Assembly (NCBI GenBank): GCA_016861085.1
Contig: BOKR01000001.1
Span: 1,098,040 to 1,162,039 of the forward strand
Length of the DNA: 64,000 nucleotides
From: Patescibacteria group bacterium
Lineage (GTDB): Bacteria > Patescibacteriota > Microgenomatia > UBA1400 > PJMF01
Reading direction: 5' to 3'
The notes beneath the pieces are model-generated. The model was not told the DNA's origin. It saw only the letters and a list, made by a program, of their open reading frames with translations, and searched no databases. The position numbers were made by a program, and so were the translations under genes. Of the stretch, positions 18,999 to 30,178 are shown piece after piece. The first letter of the stretch is position 1, and each line of letters opens with the position of its first letter.

Positions 18999-21900
18999 GT
19001 GGCAGAAACTGTTTTAAAGCTAGCTCGCAATTTATCTCAAGTCAAACAACTTTCTTCTGACGTTACACTTTCCACGTACTATCAAGAAATCAAACCATTT
19101 TTATTTGGTACACAAGACACAACCCCAATCAAAAAAGGCTCTCTCCCAGAGGGTGGTATATATAAGATTGCCAAAACAGGGATAATGTCCCCAAGTGACG
19201 ACAAAATTATCATTAAAGTTGCAGGAAAAATAGCAACTGAATACAAAATTGCTAACGTTCGTAATACTCAATTTATTATTGAAATTCAACCAGATAAAGA
19301 TGGTAATAGAAAAAAGCTTCCAAGTGAGTTCTTTTTCCCCAGTGATTTGGTCAGAATTCTCACAGCCCTCGCCAGAATTTTTTACAATGGCAAATTCAAT
19401 GTTGACGCTCTTTTTAAATATGCTTCTAGTTCATCTGATAATCTTGATTTTGTAAAACAATGGGCTCAAGTTGACTCTGAACCAGAATTGCTTAAAAAAG
19501 ATGTTGGTTTCTTTTATGAAGAAAAACTAGAGCGACTCCATGCTGGTGATATTCAGGCCCTACTCACTGCGGTAATTGATGCTGCTGAACAATTTGAAAA
19601 TCAGCACAAAAAAGCTAATTTAGAAGGGTTTGATCCTCAAACTGAGATTGAAAACAAGGTTGTTGCTGCAATTGTTCCACAAATTTTTGAAAAAATTATA
19701 GAAGAAGCTCCAAACCTCCTTAAAAGACAAGAGGGTTTTGAAGAAACAATTAAACCAATTCTTGAAAAGAAAAAAGAGATCATTACAGAAGCTGTAGAAA
19801 AAATTAAAGAGAAATTTACTGCCGAAATTAAATCATTAGTAACTATAAATAAAATAGATTTTTTACGAGAGTTGTTTTCTCAACAAAATTTATATAGTTT
19901 TGCCGAGGCTGGCATTTACGATCAAGAAACAAAATATTTTTTATTCCAAGAGCGAACAACGGATGGTCAAAAAGGACTTGTTGATTCGCCAATTTATCAT
20001 AAATTTGTTGAGCAAGCTATTAAAAAATTTATCGATAATGAGAATCAAACTGATGAGCTGGTAAAAAAACATATCGTTCCATTGTTTAAACCAGAAGTTG
20101 AAGCTGCTGCTGGCGAATCAGAAGCAACCTCTCAGGAAGGCGGCGACCAACCAAAAATCGAAGAACAAGTTGTATTAGAAAACCCAATTTCTTTTGAAGT
20201 GTTCAAAAGAAGATTAGCTGATGATGTCGTTAAAAGCCTTACTGAATCTTTCTTAGTTTTTGTTTCATCACAATATACTGGTGATTTTTCGAGATATAAA
20301 AATAGAATTGTAGACAATTACCTCTCACCAGTTTTGGAATCCCTCAGAAACCAAGTTGAAGTTGCTGTTGTTACCCCATTTGAAATTATTGAAGAAGAAA
20401 AGGATGAGTTAATTCAGCAAGAACTCTTTACACTTGGTAACTTTAGTCAAAATGTATTTGAATCAGAATGGTATAACGACCTTCTAACTCAAAGTAATGA
20501 GTACATTCTTCAAACTGCCTCCTCTCCTGACTCTCAATACTCTAGTTATTTTGAATTCTTATATGAACAGTATATTTCTCCTGCTATCGTCTTATTAGAA
20601 GAAGAAACTCCAGAACAAGCCGAAGCTGAAGAAGACGTTACTGTTACACAGCGACCAACTGGGGCCGTGGTTCCTACAGAAATACCTACATCTGCTCCAA
20701 CTACAGTAATTCAAACTAAGACTGATGAAATAAATCGACTCACCCCAGAACAGATTCGTTCACTACAGTACGAATCTGCATGGATGTATAACCGAGCAGT
20801 GTACGAACTCTTTACTTCTCAAGGAATCAATCAAAAAGATATTGATCCCTTAGTCCTTCAGACACTCCAAGAAAAAGTTTTTACCTATGCTACCTCGATG
20901 AATAGTGAGGACTTTAACAAGTTGTTTGGAAGTGCATCATACCGTCAAAAAGCCCTTTTAGATTTCTACCAAAAAACTGGCTACGGAATTGACAAATTTC
21001 ACAATGCACAGGAACTGCTAGGAGCTACTCTTTTTAAGTCATTTAACCTTGATAGTCCTGTGGTTACCAAAAATATCGAAAATACGCTTGATAGTTTGAT
21101 TCTTCAATACGGTCTCAACCAAACCTTTTATGGGTTTGATCCAGATACAAAAACGGTCACAGAGTTTTCTGGAAAAAATGCTCACGATGTTATTTGGTTT
21201 ATTGAGAACATTCCAAATGACCGCCTTGCATTAATTTTTAACTTGCCAAGCAGCTTGACCTTTAATGATGAGACTATTACTCGTCTCAAGAAAGTTCTTA
21301 AAGATTATGCCCAATATCGGGGAAGCGAGCTGTCGCTTCATATCCAAAATATTAGTATACAAAAAGGGTTGATTCATATTAGTGCTGCAGATGCAGAAAA
21401 AATAAAAAAGGGCGATCAAGAAACAATCGTTAAACACCTCAGCTTTACAAACGATTTAAGAGACATGACTAAGAAACTCGGTGGTGAATCTGTTGCCGGT
21501 GCACTAGATGAAAAATCAAAAAGTCATAGAAAAGAAATTCAAAAACAATTTAAAACATTTCTTCCGCTTTGGAACCAACTTTCTGGAGTTGAACAAGCAG
21601 AAGTTTACAGAAATTATGATATACCAATTCCTCCAGAATATTTAACCAATGGAAAACCTGATCCAAGAAAACTTGAAATTGCAAAACTTGCTTTTATTCC
21701 AGAGTTTGCCTTTTTTGATGTTAGAAAATTTGACGAAATCAAAAACATTATAAAAAGAAACAATTTAGATAGAGCAAAACAACTTGAGCTTGAAGAAATT
21801 GCTTCTATTCAAGATCAACTCATTAAAGAACAAAGAATCGCTGAGTTTTTAAATTCTGTCTACGACAATAATTCGCAAGAGAGTGAATTAGTCGAAATTT

Positions 21901-23318
21901 ATGAATATGCTGGAGTTGATGAAGGAGAACTTTCATTTCGGGAGAAATTTGATATTGATCAAACAATTGAAGAGTCTGGAACAAGATCCTCTCAAAGACG
22001 CGATGGCTTTGCTTCAAGAATTACCAATCGGTTTAGAAAAGAAAAAAAAGCTAGACTTAACCCTTTGGAAAAAGCCAAAAAGGCAACTAAAAAAGCAGCT
22101 GGAGAAGCAATTAGTCAGGGACTCAGTAAGGCTGCTGCTGCTGGTATAAGTGCAGTCCTTCCAGGCTTAGGTGCGCCTATCGGTGCAGCACTAATGGCCA
22201 TAAAAAATAAAAAAGTTAGAAATTTCCTCTCTACAGCAGTATTGGGAGGGTTAGCTTTCATCATTGGCAGAACAATTTGGGCTTTAGGTAGTATTGGAGG
22301 ATTAATCGGTGGAATTGTTGGTGGTGTAGGTGGATTTGTTTTTTTAGGCGGTCCAGCAGGAATATTGCCTGGGGTAATTATTGGTGCTAACGCTGGAGAA
22401 TTTCTTGCATCCCAATTAGGATTAAATTGGCGCTGGGATAATGCTCTGTTTGGAAAGTCAGCACCAGCTCCTACTCTCATACCACCTGAACCCAGTATGG
22501 CGGCGGCAAGAATTCCTGCTGCAGCTGCTCCTGTAGTAGTCACTCAACCCTATGTTCCTCCTCCACCAAAAGACATTAGAACTCCAAAAGTAACTGATGT
22601 AATAAATACCACCGCTGGTATTGGTATCGTAGCTGCTGGAGCCTTCGCTCTTATGGGAGTAGTCATTACTTTATTCGTCATCTTTACCATCCAAAGCGCT
22701 TTTCTTATTCCTGTTCCAAAAGCCAGAACAAGTACTGGTGCTCCAATTCTAGGAACTTTTGGATGCTTTGAGTTTGGCCCGGCAGGATATACAAAACAAA
22801 TCGGTAGCCCTCCAGTAGCCACAACTTCTATTGAATGGACAGAATCTGACCAAACAACACTTGAAGCCGGATTTGCAAAAGTCGCTTCAAACAACCAATA
22901 TATTGATCTTTTATGTAGTGCTGGACCAATAACTGTGTATAGATTTCCAGTAAGTACTCAAGGGTTTTGGGGATGGGTTACCGGACCAAATGAAATGATT
23001 TTATATGGCGGGGCTTTTGGAAGTACCGCTGGTATGGAATACGTTTTAATTCATGAAACTGGCCATATTATTCAAGGTAGGAATCCTGGTCTTGTTAGCA
23101 ATTTCCTTCAAATAAAAACAGATAGTTCCTGTTATACCTATCCTTTTCCAGACCTTTGTAACTACGGTGAAGCCTTTGCAGAAGGACTTGTGCTATACGT
23201 AACCGGGGACTTTTTCTTTGGAAACAGTGCTTGGAGCGGTGCATATCCGTTTCAGGCAAACTATCCTGCAGAGTATAATTGGTATAAGAATAATGTTTTT
23301 GGAGGACAGGAATATTAA
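18999..23318 (+). CDS. Very large membrane-anchored protein with C-terminal HEXXH zinc metallopeptidase-like domain
   Basis: Long helical cytoplasmic region, Gly-zipper TM region (GGLIGGIVGGVGG), Pro-rich linker, TM, then YVLIHETGHII...EAFAEG. Confidence 0.7.
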   Translation: MAETVLKLARNLSQVKQLSSDVTLSTYYQEIKPFLFGTQDTTPIKKGSLPEGGIYKIAKTGIMSPSDDKIIIKVAGKIATEYKIANVRNTQFIIEIQPDKDGNRKKLPSEFFFPSDLVRILTALARIFYNGKFNVDALFKYASSSSDNLDFVKQWAQVDSEPELLKKDVGFFYEEKLERLHAGDIQALLTAVIDAAEQFENQHKKANLEGFDPQTEIENKVVAAIVPQIFEKIIEEAPNLLKRQEGFEETIKPILEKKKEIITEAVEKIKEKFTAEIKSLVTINKIDFLRELFSQQNLYSFAEAGIYDQETKYFLFQERTTDGQKGLVDSPIYHKFVEQAIKKFIDNENQTDELVKKHIVPLFKPEVEAAAGESEATSQEGGDQPKIEEQVVLENPISFEVFKRRLADDVVKSLTESFLVFVSSQYTGDFSRYKNRIVDNYLSPVLESLRNQVEVAVVTPFEIIEEEKDELIQQELFTLGNFSQNVFESEWYNDLLTQSNEYILQTASSPDSQYSSYFEFLYEQYISPAIVLLEEETPEQAEAEEDVTVTQRPTGAVVPTEIPTSAPTTVIQTKTDEINRLTPEQIRSLQYESAWMYNRAVYELFTSQGINQKDIDPLVLQTLQEKVFTYATSMNSEDFNKLFGSASYRQKALLDFYQKTGYGIDKFHNAQELLGATLFKSFNLDSPVVTKNIENTLDSLILQYGLNQTFYGFDPDTKTVTEFSGKNAHDVIWFIENIPNDRLALIFNLPSSLTFNDETITRLKKVLKDYAQYRGSELSLHIQNISIQKGLIHISAADAEKIKKGDQETIVKHLSFTNDLRDMTKKLGGESVAGALDEKSKSHRKEIQKQFKTFLPLWNQLSGVEQAEVYRNYDIPIPPEYLTNGKPDPRKLEIAKLAFIPEFAFFDVRKFDEIKNIIKRNNLDRAKQLELEEIASIQDQLIKEQRIAEFLNSVYDNNSQESELVEIYEYAGVDEGELSFREKFDIDQTIEESGTRSSQRRDGFASRITNRFRKEKKARLNPLEKAKKATKKAAGEAISQGLSKAAAAGISAVLPGLGAPIGAALMAIKNKKVRNFLSTAVLGGLAFIIGRTIWALGSIGGLIGGIVGGVGGFVFLGGPAGILPGVIIGANAGEFLASQLGLNWRWDNALFGKSAPAPTLIPPEPSMAAARIPAAAAPVVVTQPYVPPPPKDIRTPKVTDVINTTAGIGIVAAGAFALMGVVITLFVIFTIQSAFLIPVPKARTSTGAPILGTFGCFEFGPAGYTKQIGSPPVATTSIEWTESDQTTLEAGFAKVASNNQYIDLLCSAGPITVYRFPVSTQGFWGWVTGPNEMILYGGAFGSTAGMEYVLIHETGHIIQGRNPGLVSNFLQIKTDSSCYTYPFPDLCNYGEAFAEGLVLYVTGDFFFGNSAWSGAYPFQANYPAEYNWYKNNVFGGQEY

Positions 23319-23320
23319 TT

Positions 23321-23905
23321 ATGATAAACCAGTCTGAAAATAGTAAAAAAATCAGTACAGAAAAAAAATGGATAAAAATTATTATCGTCCTATTTGCTGT
23401 TGTTCTTGTGATATCTATATTTTTTAACCTAACAGCACCAGAAGCGCCTGTTCAGCAAAACACATGGAATTCAGCAACTCCTGGATTTAAATTACCAAGA
23501 AATGTAAAAGATCAACTCGGAGACCCAATTTCAGTAACTCAAAGCGAATTTGGAATACAAAATAATTACAAATCTTCCTATCCAGCTTTGCCTAATTCTA
23601 TTACTGTTTCTGAAGACGAAACAGTTAAATTCATTCAAGAATATATAGTCTATGACCCAGAACATACAGTAGATCGTTATACTAGACAGTTTGGGGACCC
23701 AGATTTGGTTTTATATGCTCCTAAATACACTAATGTAACAAAAGCATATGTTTTTCTTACTGAGGGTCTCGCGATATTTGCACATCAATATGCTGGTACA
23801 GTCGAAATAAAATGGTATTTTGAACCAACGACAGAAGAATCATTTTTGACTACCTATGGGAAAGACCTTACTCAGGAAGAACCCACTCCCGAGGCTTTTC
23901 AGTAA
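23321..23905 (+). CDS. Single-TM exported hypothetical protein
   Basis: N-terminal TM anchor; starts 2 nt after the preceding gene. Confidence 0.7.
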   Translation: MINQSENSKKISTEKKWIKIIIVLFAVVLVISIFFNLTAPEAPVQQNTWNSATPGFKLPRNVKDQLGDPISVTQSEFGIQNNYKSSYPALPNSITVSEDETVKFIQEYIVYDPEHTVDRYTRQFGDPDLVLYAPKYTNVTKAYVFLTEGLAIFAHQYAGTVEIKWYFEPTTEESFLTTYGKDLTQEEPTPEAFQ

Positions 23906-23933
23906 TCTCTTAAAAATGCTATAGTAGTTATAC

Positions 23934-25115
23934 ATGCAAGAACACCCAATCCCACAAGATATTACAGGGTATAAGTTCCATATTATTGGGAGCATGACTC
24001 TCAAACAATTTGGGGAAATCTTTTTAGGTGTTATTTTTGCGGTTATTTTTTATAAAACCAACCTGATTGCTGTCATTAAGTGGCCATTAATTTTATTAAG
24101 TGTTGGAATTGGGGCGGCCGCCGCCTTTGTTCCAATTGAAGAGCGGCCGCTTGACCACTGGATAATAACCTTCTTTAAAATAATGTATAAACCCACCAAA
24201 TTTTACTGGAAACGAGTTCCAAATATTCCTGATGCATTCAAATATGAACCACTACAAAAAGACACTAAAGATGAAATTACCCTAGATCTTACCCCTGCAA
24301 AAAGACAAAGAATTAAAGAATATGTCAGTTCAATCCCCGAAGTAAAACTAGCAACGCAAGACTTTACAACAGATGAAATATCAAAAATGCAAGATATACT
24401 CACTTCATTTACAACTGTTCAAGTGACTCAAGCAGTTGTTGCTCCAGCCCAACCTGTTCAAGAAAAACCCAGAATGGATGTTCGTGTTCGAAAAATGAGA
24501 AAACCTCTCATTCCAGAGACAATTATATTTGAAGATTCTACCGGATTTTCACTTCCTGTTTCTATTGGAAACATCTATGAAGAAGAAAAAAAAACAACAG
24601 CTCGACCAATTCAAACAAAAAAAACACTCTTAACAAGTGATCAAGTAGCTCACAGTATCGAAATTCCAGAAGAAAAACTTGTTAGAACTATCTCTGAAAA
24701 AGAAGAGGAAGAAAAAATAAATGGAGTTCATTCTGCAATGACAGATACCAGTGAAAAAACATATATTCAGCCAGAGGCCATTCCTACAACACAAACAATT
24801 GCAACACAAGATGCTTCTTACAATCAAGATTTACCATTTCCAATCAAACCCACAGAGCCAAACAAAGTAGTTGGTATGGTTTTAAGTCAAAATAATGAGT
24901 TACTAACCAGTGCTATAGTTGAAATTCAAACTCCTGAAGGAAGTATTGCCCGAGCAGTAAAAACAAATGCTTTGGGACAATTTTTTATCACCACACCTCT
25001 CAAAGTTGGAGATTATAATGTTGTCGTTGAAAAGTCTGGGTTTCAATTTCAACCAAAACATTTAAAAATTGATAACACTATCATTCCTCCAATGGAAATC
25101 CGTAGTGACAACTAG
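23934..25115 (+). CDS. PrgI-family (VirB3-like) protein with C-terminal carboxypeptidase-regulatory-like beta domain
   Basis: MQEHPIPQDITGYKFHIIGSMTLKQF, two TMs and ERPLDHW match the PrgI pattern; C-terminal KTNALGQF...GDYNVVVEKSGF. Confidence 0.8.
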   Translation: MQEHPIPQDITGYKFHIIGSMTLKQFGEIFLGVIFAVIFYKTNLIAVIKWPLILLSVGIGAAAAFVPIEERPLDHWIITFFKIMYKPTKFYWKRVPNIPDAFKYEPLQKDTKDEITLDLTPAKRQRIKEYVSSIPEVKLATQDFTTDEISKMQDILTSFTTVQVTQAVVAPAQPVQEKPRMDVRVRKMRKPLIPETIIFEDSTGFSLPVSIGNIYEEEKKTTARPIQTKKTLLTSDQVAHSIEIPEEKLVRTISEKEEEEKINGVHSAMTDTSEKTYIQPEAIPTTQTIATQDASYNQDLPFPIKPTEPNKVVGMVLSQNNELLTSAIVEIQTPEGSIARAVKTNALGQFFITTPLKVGDYNVVVEKSGFQFQPKHLKIDNTIIPPMEIRSDN

Positions 25116-25148
25116 AAATGAAATTAAAAAACAGATAAGATACATATA

Positions 25149-26333
25149 ATGGCAGCAACACAACAACAAATTGATTCAACAACGCAACAATTCTTGGATA
25201 TTTACGATATCACGAATGATTTAGTAATCCTTAAAGATGGTACTGCTTCTCTTGTTATTACTGTAGATGCAATGAACTTTGGCTTATTAGCAGAGGAAGA
25301 GCAAGACAGTATTATGTATGCTTATGCTGGACTATTAAACTCGCTTAACTATCCTATTCAAATCGTTATTAAATCACAAACAAAAGATGTTACAGGGTAT
25401 TTAAGACTCCTGAAAGAACAAGAAGACACTGCACTCAATCGAGTTCAACAACAAAGAATTATGAAATATAGAGAGTTTGTCTCTAACTTAATTCGAGAAA
25501 GAAATGTACTTGATAAAAAATTTTACGTTGCTATTCCGGCCAGACCATTAGAGCTTGGGCTTGTTCCAGTTTCTAGTGTCATCCCAGGTCAAAGTCAAAC
25601 CGATATTTCTACTGTCGACAAGTCAATGGTAATAGAAAAAGCAAGAAGTATCTTGGAACCAAAACGAGATCATTTGATTGCCCAATTTGCTAGAATCGGA
25701 TTGTATTCAAGACAAATTGAAACTCAAGAAATTATCCAGCTCTTTTATCAAAGCTATAATCCAGAAGCGTTCGAGGGGCAAAGTATGGATGATAGTAAAA
25801 GTTACACTGCCCCATTAGTATCAGCTAGTATCGAGGATGTCACCATGAATACCCCAAACCCATTGGATCAAACCGGGCAAGTAGCTCCAGCCCAACCAAC
25901 ACAAATTACACAAACCCCTCTTGCTCCAGCAGAAGAGTCAATGCAGCCCCCTGTTGCTGAAATTCCAGTTGTAACCCAAACTCAAACAACCAGTTATGTT
26001 CCTACTCAAATGCAAAACCCTCAAGTTGAAGAACCAACTTTGGAGGCTCCAGTCACAAACACTACTACCACTACTATCAATCCTGTTGTTCCATCAACTC
26101 CAGCTACTCCGCTTCCTCCAACTCCAGAGCTGCCAAAAATTTCTCCAGGACAAGTAGATGCTTCTGTTCCTCAAGAAATTGAGATCGAAATTAAACATTC
26201 TGGAAATAACACTCAAACATCCCCAACTCCTCAAGTCACAATGACTCCCGTTCCTGAAACCGGAAGCATAAACACCGCAAATACCCCTCCTCAGAGTGAT
26301 GCCGCGATGCCTCCACTTCCAGAAATACAATAA
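25149..26333 (+). CDS. TraC/VirB4-associated T4SS protein with Pro/Thr-rich tail
   Basis: TQQFLDIYDI..DLVILKDG...NFGLLAEEEQ...LNSLNYPIQI; lies between prgI and virB4 as in CPR T4SS loci. Confidence 0.7.
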   Translation: MAATQQQIDSTTQQFLDIYDITNDLVILKDGTASLVITVDAMNFGLLAEEEQDSIMYAYAGLLNSLNYPIQIVIKSQTKDVTGYLRLLKEQEDTALNRVQQQRIMKYREFVSNLIRERNVLDKKFYVAIPARPLELGLVPVSSVIPGQSQTDISTVDKSMVIEKARSILEPKRDHLIAQFARIGLYSRQIETQEIIQLFYQSYNPEAFEGQSMDDSKSYTAPLVSASIEDVTMNTPNPLDQTGQVAPAQPTQITQTPLAPAEESMQPPVAEIPVVTQTQTTSYVPTQMQNPQVEEPTLEAPVTNTTTTTINPVVPSTPATPLPPTPELPKISPGQVDASVPQEIEIEIKHSGNNTQTSPTPQVTMTPVPETGSINTANTPPQSDAAMPPLPEIQ

Positions 26334-26353
26334 AACAGCTAGAATAAACTGTA

Positions 26354-28462
26354 ATGCCTAATCCACTAGCAAACTTACCGTTTTTCAAGAAAAAAACCGA
26401 TAGTACTACTATGGGCATGGCCGTTAAAACCCAAGATCAACAAAACATGGAACGGTTACAGGAGTTTTCTCGTGGTTTAGTAACAATACAAGATATTATT
26501 GCTCCAGAAGCAATTGAAGTAGACTTTACCTACCAAAAAATTAATTCTACATATACTCGAACACTTTTTGTTGCTGGATATCCTCGTTCTGTCCCGGCCA
26601 ACTGGCTTTCTCCTCTCATTAACTATCCACATCAAATCAATGTTTCCATGTTTATTTATCCTGTTGATTCAAGCGAAATTCTTGACAATTTAAAAAGAAA
26701 AATTACAGAAATGGAGGCTGAAATTCAATCTGACCTTCGTGCTGGAAAGATTTCAAACATTAATACTGAAATTAAACTTGAAGATGCTCGGTTTATTCGT
26801 GAAGAACTCGCTAAAGGCTCTGAACGGTTTTACCAATTTGGATTATATGTAACGATTCAAGCGGATTCAAAAGAACAACTTGATAAAGTTACTAAGGGTA
26901 TTCAGTCATCTCTAGGTTCTCTATTGATTGTTTCCAAAAAAGCAACATTACAGATGGATGAAGGATTCAAAACAACGCTCCCCATGGGGCTTGATAAGCT
27001 GTTAGTTACACGCAACATGGATACTACTTCTCTTGCCACGACATTTCCATTTACTTCAAGTGAACTAACCATGGAAACTGGAATTGTATATGGAATTAAT
27101 GAACATAATGATTCTCTTGTTATTTTTGACCGGTTCAAAATGGAAAATGCCAACATGGTCATTTTTGCAAAGTCTGGTGCAGGTAAATCTTATACTGTTA
27201 AATTAGAAATTCTACGACAATTAATGTTTGGTGCAGAAGTCATTGTTCTTGATCCAGAACATGAGTATGAGGATCTTGCTCTAGCTGTCCAAGGTGAATA
27301 TATCAACTTTACTTTTGGTTCTAAAACAAAGCTTAATCCATTTGACCTCTCAAATTTGTATGAAGAAGGTGAAAACGAGCTTGGTCAAAAAATTATTTCA
27401 CTCCACGGATTATTAAAGGTAATGCTGGGGGAAATGACTCCACAACAAGACGCTATGCTTGATCGGGCCTTAGTAGCTGCTTACAAAGCAAAAGGAATTA
27501 CCCCAGATCCAGCCACTCAAACAAACGAGCCACCCCTCATGGAAGATGTCTATAAAGCCTTAATTGGTATGGAATCACATGATGCTGATGATATTGCCGC
27601 CCGCATGGAGAAATTTATAACTGGTTCATTTCGAGGAATTTTTGACCAAAAATCTAACTTTGACATTACTAACCAATTAACCGTCTTTTCCGTTAAAGAA
27701 ATGGAAGAAGCAATTCGTCCAGTCGCGATGTATGTTATCCTCGACTTCATCTGGACACGGGTTAAGAAAGATCTTAAAAAACGTATTCTTGTTGTTGATG
27801 AGGCTTGGTATTTCATGAAGAATCAAGATTCTGCGTCGTTTTTACACTCTATGGTTAAACGAGCTCGTAAATATTATCTTGGTGTAACCACTATTACTCA
27901 AGACGTTGAGGACTTTTTACATAATGACTATGGAAGAGCAATTGTTACTAACGCTTCTATTCAATTCTTAATGAAACAATCAACTGCTTCTATCCCCATA
28001 TTAGCGGAAACTTTTTATCTTTCTCAAGGTGAAAGACAATTGCTTGTTACTTCTGATGTTGGAGAAGGCATTTTCTTTGCAGGACAAAATCATGTTGCAT
28101 TACGTGTTGTTGCAAGTGATGAAGAACATGGCTTAATCACCACAAATCCTGAAGAGCTTCTAAAACGTCAAGCTCAAAAAGGAAATATGCCTGGCAAAGA
28201 ATCAATTATTCATACAGAACTACCAAAACAACAAGCAACCACAGCATTGCAAAGTCTTGAAGAGCAAACTGAGGAACAAAAACAACAAGCTATTCTGGAA
28301 CAGTTTAATAAGCCAGAAGTCTTAGAGACAGGAATGAAAACAAGTCAGACTGGTCAAGATCCAACCCAGCCAAATGCGCCAGCTACGCAATCAGTCGCTC
28401 CAAAAGGAAACGTTTACGCACAAGATTTATATTCTATCGATACATATCAACCACCAAAATAA
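26354..28462 (+). CDS. virB4: VirB4-like type IV secretion ATPase
   Basis: Walker A AKSGAGKS, LDPEHEY, LNPFD, Walker B LVVDEAW, RARKY, ITQDVEDF. Confidence 0.88.
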   Translation: MPNPLANLPFFKKKTDSTTMGMAVKTQDQQNMERLQEFSRGLVTIQDIIAPEAIEVDFTYQKINSTYTRTLFVAGYPRSVPANWLSPLINYPHQINVSMFIYPVDSSEILDNLKRKITEMEAEIQSDLRAGKISNINTEIKLEDARFIREELAKGSERFYQFGLYVTIQADSKEQLDKVTKGIQSSLGSLLIVSKKATLQMDEGFKTTLPMGLDKLLVTRNMDTTSLATTFPFTSSELTMETGIVYGINEHNDSLVIFDRFKMENANMVIFAKSGAGKSYTVKLEILRQLMFGAEVIVLDPEHEYEDLALAVQGEYINFTFGSKTKLNPFDLSNLYEEGENELGQKIISLHGLLKVMLGEMTPQQDAMLDRALVAAYKAKGITPDPATQTNEPPLMEDVYKALIGMESHDADDIAARMEKFITGSFRGIFDQKSNFDITNQLTVFSVKEMEEAIRPVAMYVILDFIWTRVKKDLKKRILVVDEAWYFMKNQDSASFLHSMVKRARKYYLGVTTITQDVEDFLHNDYGRAIVTNASIQFLMKQSTASIPILAETFYLSQGERQLLVTSDVGEGIFFAGQNHVALRVVASDEEHGLITTNPEELLKRQAQKGNMPGKESIIHTELPKQQATTALQSLEEQTEEQKQQAILEQFNKPEVLETGMKTSQTGQDPTQPNAPATQSVAPKGNVYAQDLYSIDTYQPPK

Positions 28463-28527
28463 CAACCAGATCTGTTTTTATTGAGCTTGGGGTGAGTGTC
28501 TATAAATCAATCTTTTTTACTCATTGT

Positions 28528-28552
28528 CAACTGTGGAAAACTCTGTGTATAA
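28528..28552. promoter_or_regulatory. DnaA-box pair upstream of dnaA
   Basis: TGTGGAAAA (28532-28540) and TGTGTATAA (28544-28552). Confidence 0.7.
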
Positions 28553-28635
28553 CCATAGCTAGTAAATCTGCCCTTGGGAGTGTTGTTTTACTTCCAAACT
28601 CACAAATTTGAAAAAACTAGAAGTCTGCAAACAAC

Positions 28636-30177
28636 ATGCAAGTGATTGAGGTGCAAGAAAACCAAATAAAAGAAATCTGGGCAAGAGCGTGCGCACAGCT
28701 TGAAATACAGCTTTCTTCTGCTGTTTTTAATACTTGGATTGCTGCAAATCCTCTTACTAAATTGGAATATGGTGAAGAAAATACTTGCTTAGCTACAATT
28801 AGTAGCCCAACCGCATTCCATTCTACGAATCTTAAAAAAAATTTACATATCCCAATTAAGCAAGTCCTAGATAAAATTACTGGGAAAAACTGCGACATTC
28901 AGTATATTGTGGGGTCAACGAGTCCAAATATTCCCCAACAAGGATTTTCTACAATTCGCTCTTCCATTCAACCAGAATTACAACAAACAGAGCTGTCTGT
29001 TAATCAAACGGTCAACTCTGTATTCAATCAATCATTTTCTACTGATAAACAAACCAATTCTACTCAATCACCTCGAGTGGAAGATTTGTTTTCGCAAAAT
29101 AATTTAATTTCTGCTTCTGAAGATCGTGTTCAAGCTATTTCTAAAAGAATTGGGTTAAGAACTGATTTTACTTTTCAAACCTATGCTGTTTCACCTACAA
29201 ATGAAATGGCTCACGCTGCTGCACGAGCAGTCTCAGATCGTCCTGGAGTAGCTTATAATCCCCTTTTTCTTTATGGAGGTGTTGGAGTTGGTAAAACACA
29301 TCTCATGCACGCTATTGGAAACAACATTTTACGAAGCAACCAAGATGCAAAAATCTTATATTGTACAGGCGAAGAGTTCACTAATGAAATCGTTCAGGCT
29401 ATTCAAAGAAAACAAACTGGAGGTTTTAAAAGCAAATATAGAAATACAAACGTACTTTTAATTGATGATATTCAGTTTATTGCTGGTAAAGAAGCTGTTC
29501 AAGAAGAATTTTTTCATACTTTTAATGCGCTAACACAAATGCAAAGTCAAATAGTGTTAACCTCAGACAGACCTCCTCGAGATATGACCCTATTAGTAGA
29601 TCGACTTCGTTCCCGTTTTGAAGCTGGGCTGATGATTGATATTGGACAACCTTCAGATGAACTTCGTGCCGCTATTTTATTGGTTAAAGCAAGAGCTGCC
29701 AATTTACTTATCCCAACAGATCTCGCCAGAATAATTGTCTCAAAAGTTGACTCCGCTCGAAAAATTGAAGGTGTTATTAAAAGTATTCGTTCCGAAGTTG
29801 AGTTAAAGGGAAAACCCATTAGTCCTGAATTAATTGCTCAAATATTGGCTAGTGAAACTCCAGAAAAAAAATCGCTTCTTCGAGTTTCACCCTCTGACGT
29901 TATCAAAACTGTTGCCGACCACTATAAACTCAAACAAACAGCTCTTAAGGGACAAAGAAGAGTTAAATCTCTTGTTATTGCCAGACATATAGCAATGTTT
30001 TTACTCAAAAACGAGCTAGACCTCCCATTAGTTGAGATTGGCCGTTGGTTTAGTGGCAGAGATCATACTTCAGTACTTCACGCAGTTAAAAAGATTGAAA
30101 AAGATCTTGCAACTGATGAAATAATTAGGCGCGATATAGCAAACATAAGACTCACTCTTACTGCTGCTTCCAAGTGA
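28636..30177 (+). CDS. dnaA: Chromosomal replication initiator DnaA
   Basis: YNPLFLYGGVGVGKTHL, LLIDDIQF, QEEFFHTFN, RLRSRF, GRDHTSVLHA. Confidence 0.98.
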   Translation: MQVIEVQENQIKEIWARACAQLEIQLSSAVFNTWIAANPLTKLEYGEENTCLATISSPTAFHSTNLKKNLHIPIKQVLDKITGKNCDIQYIVGSTSPNIPQQGFSTIRSSIQPELQQTELSVNQTVNSVFNQSFSTDKQTNSTQSPRVEDLFSQNNLISASEDRVQAISKRIGLRTDFTFQTYAVSPTNEMAHAAARAVSDRPGVAYNPLFLYGGVGVGKTHLMHAIGNNILRSNQDAKILYCTGEEFTNEIVQAIQRKQTGGFKSKYRNTNVLLIDDIQFIAGKEAVQEEFFHTFNALTQMQSQIVLTSDRPPRDMTLLVDRLRSRFEAGLMIDIGQPSDELRAAILLVKARAANLLIPTDLARIIVSKVDSARKIEGVIKSIRSEVELKGKPISPELIAQILASETPEKKSLLRVSPSDVIKTVADHYKLKQTALKGQRRVKSLVIARHIAMFLLKNELDLPLVEIGRWFSGRDHTSVLHAVKKIEKDLATDEIIRRDIANIRLTLTAASK

Positions 30178-30178
30178 G

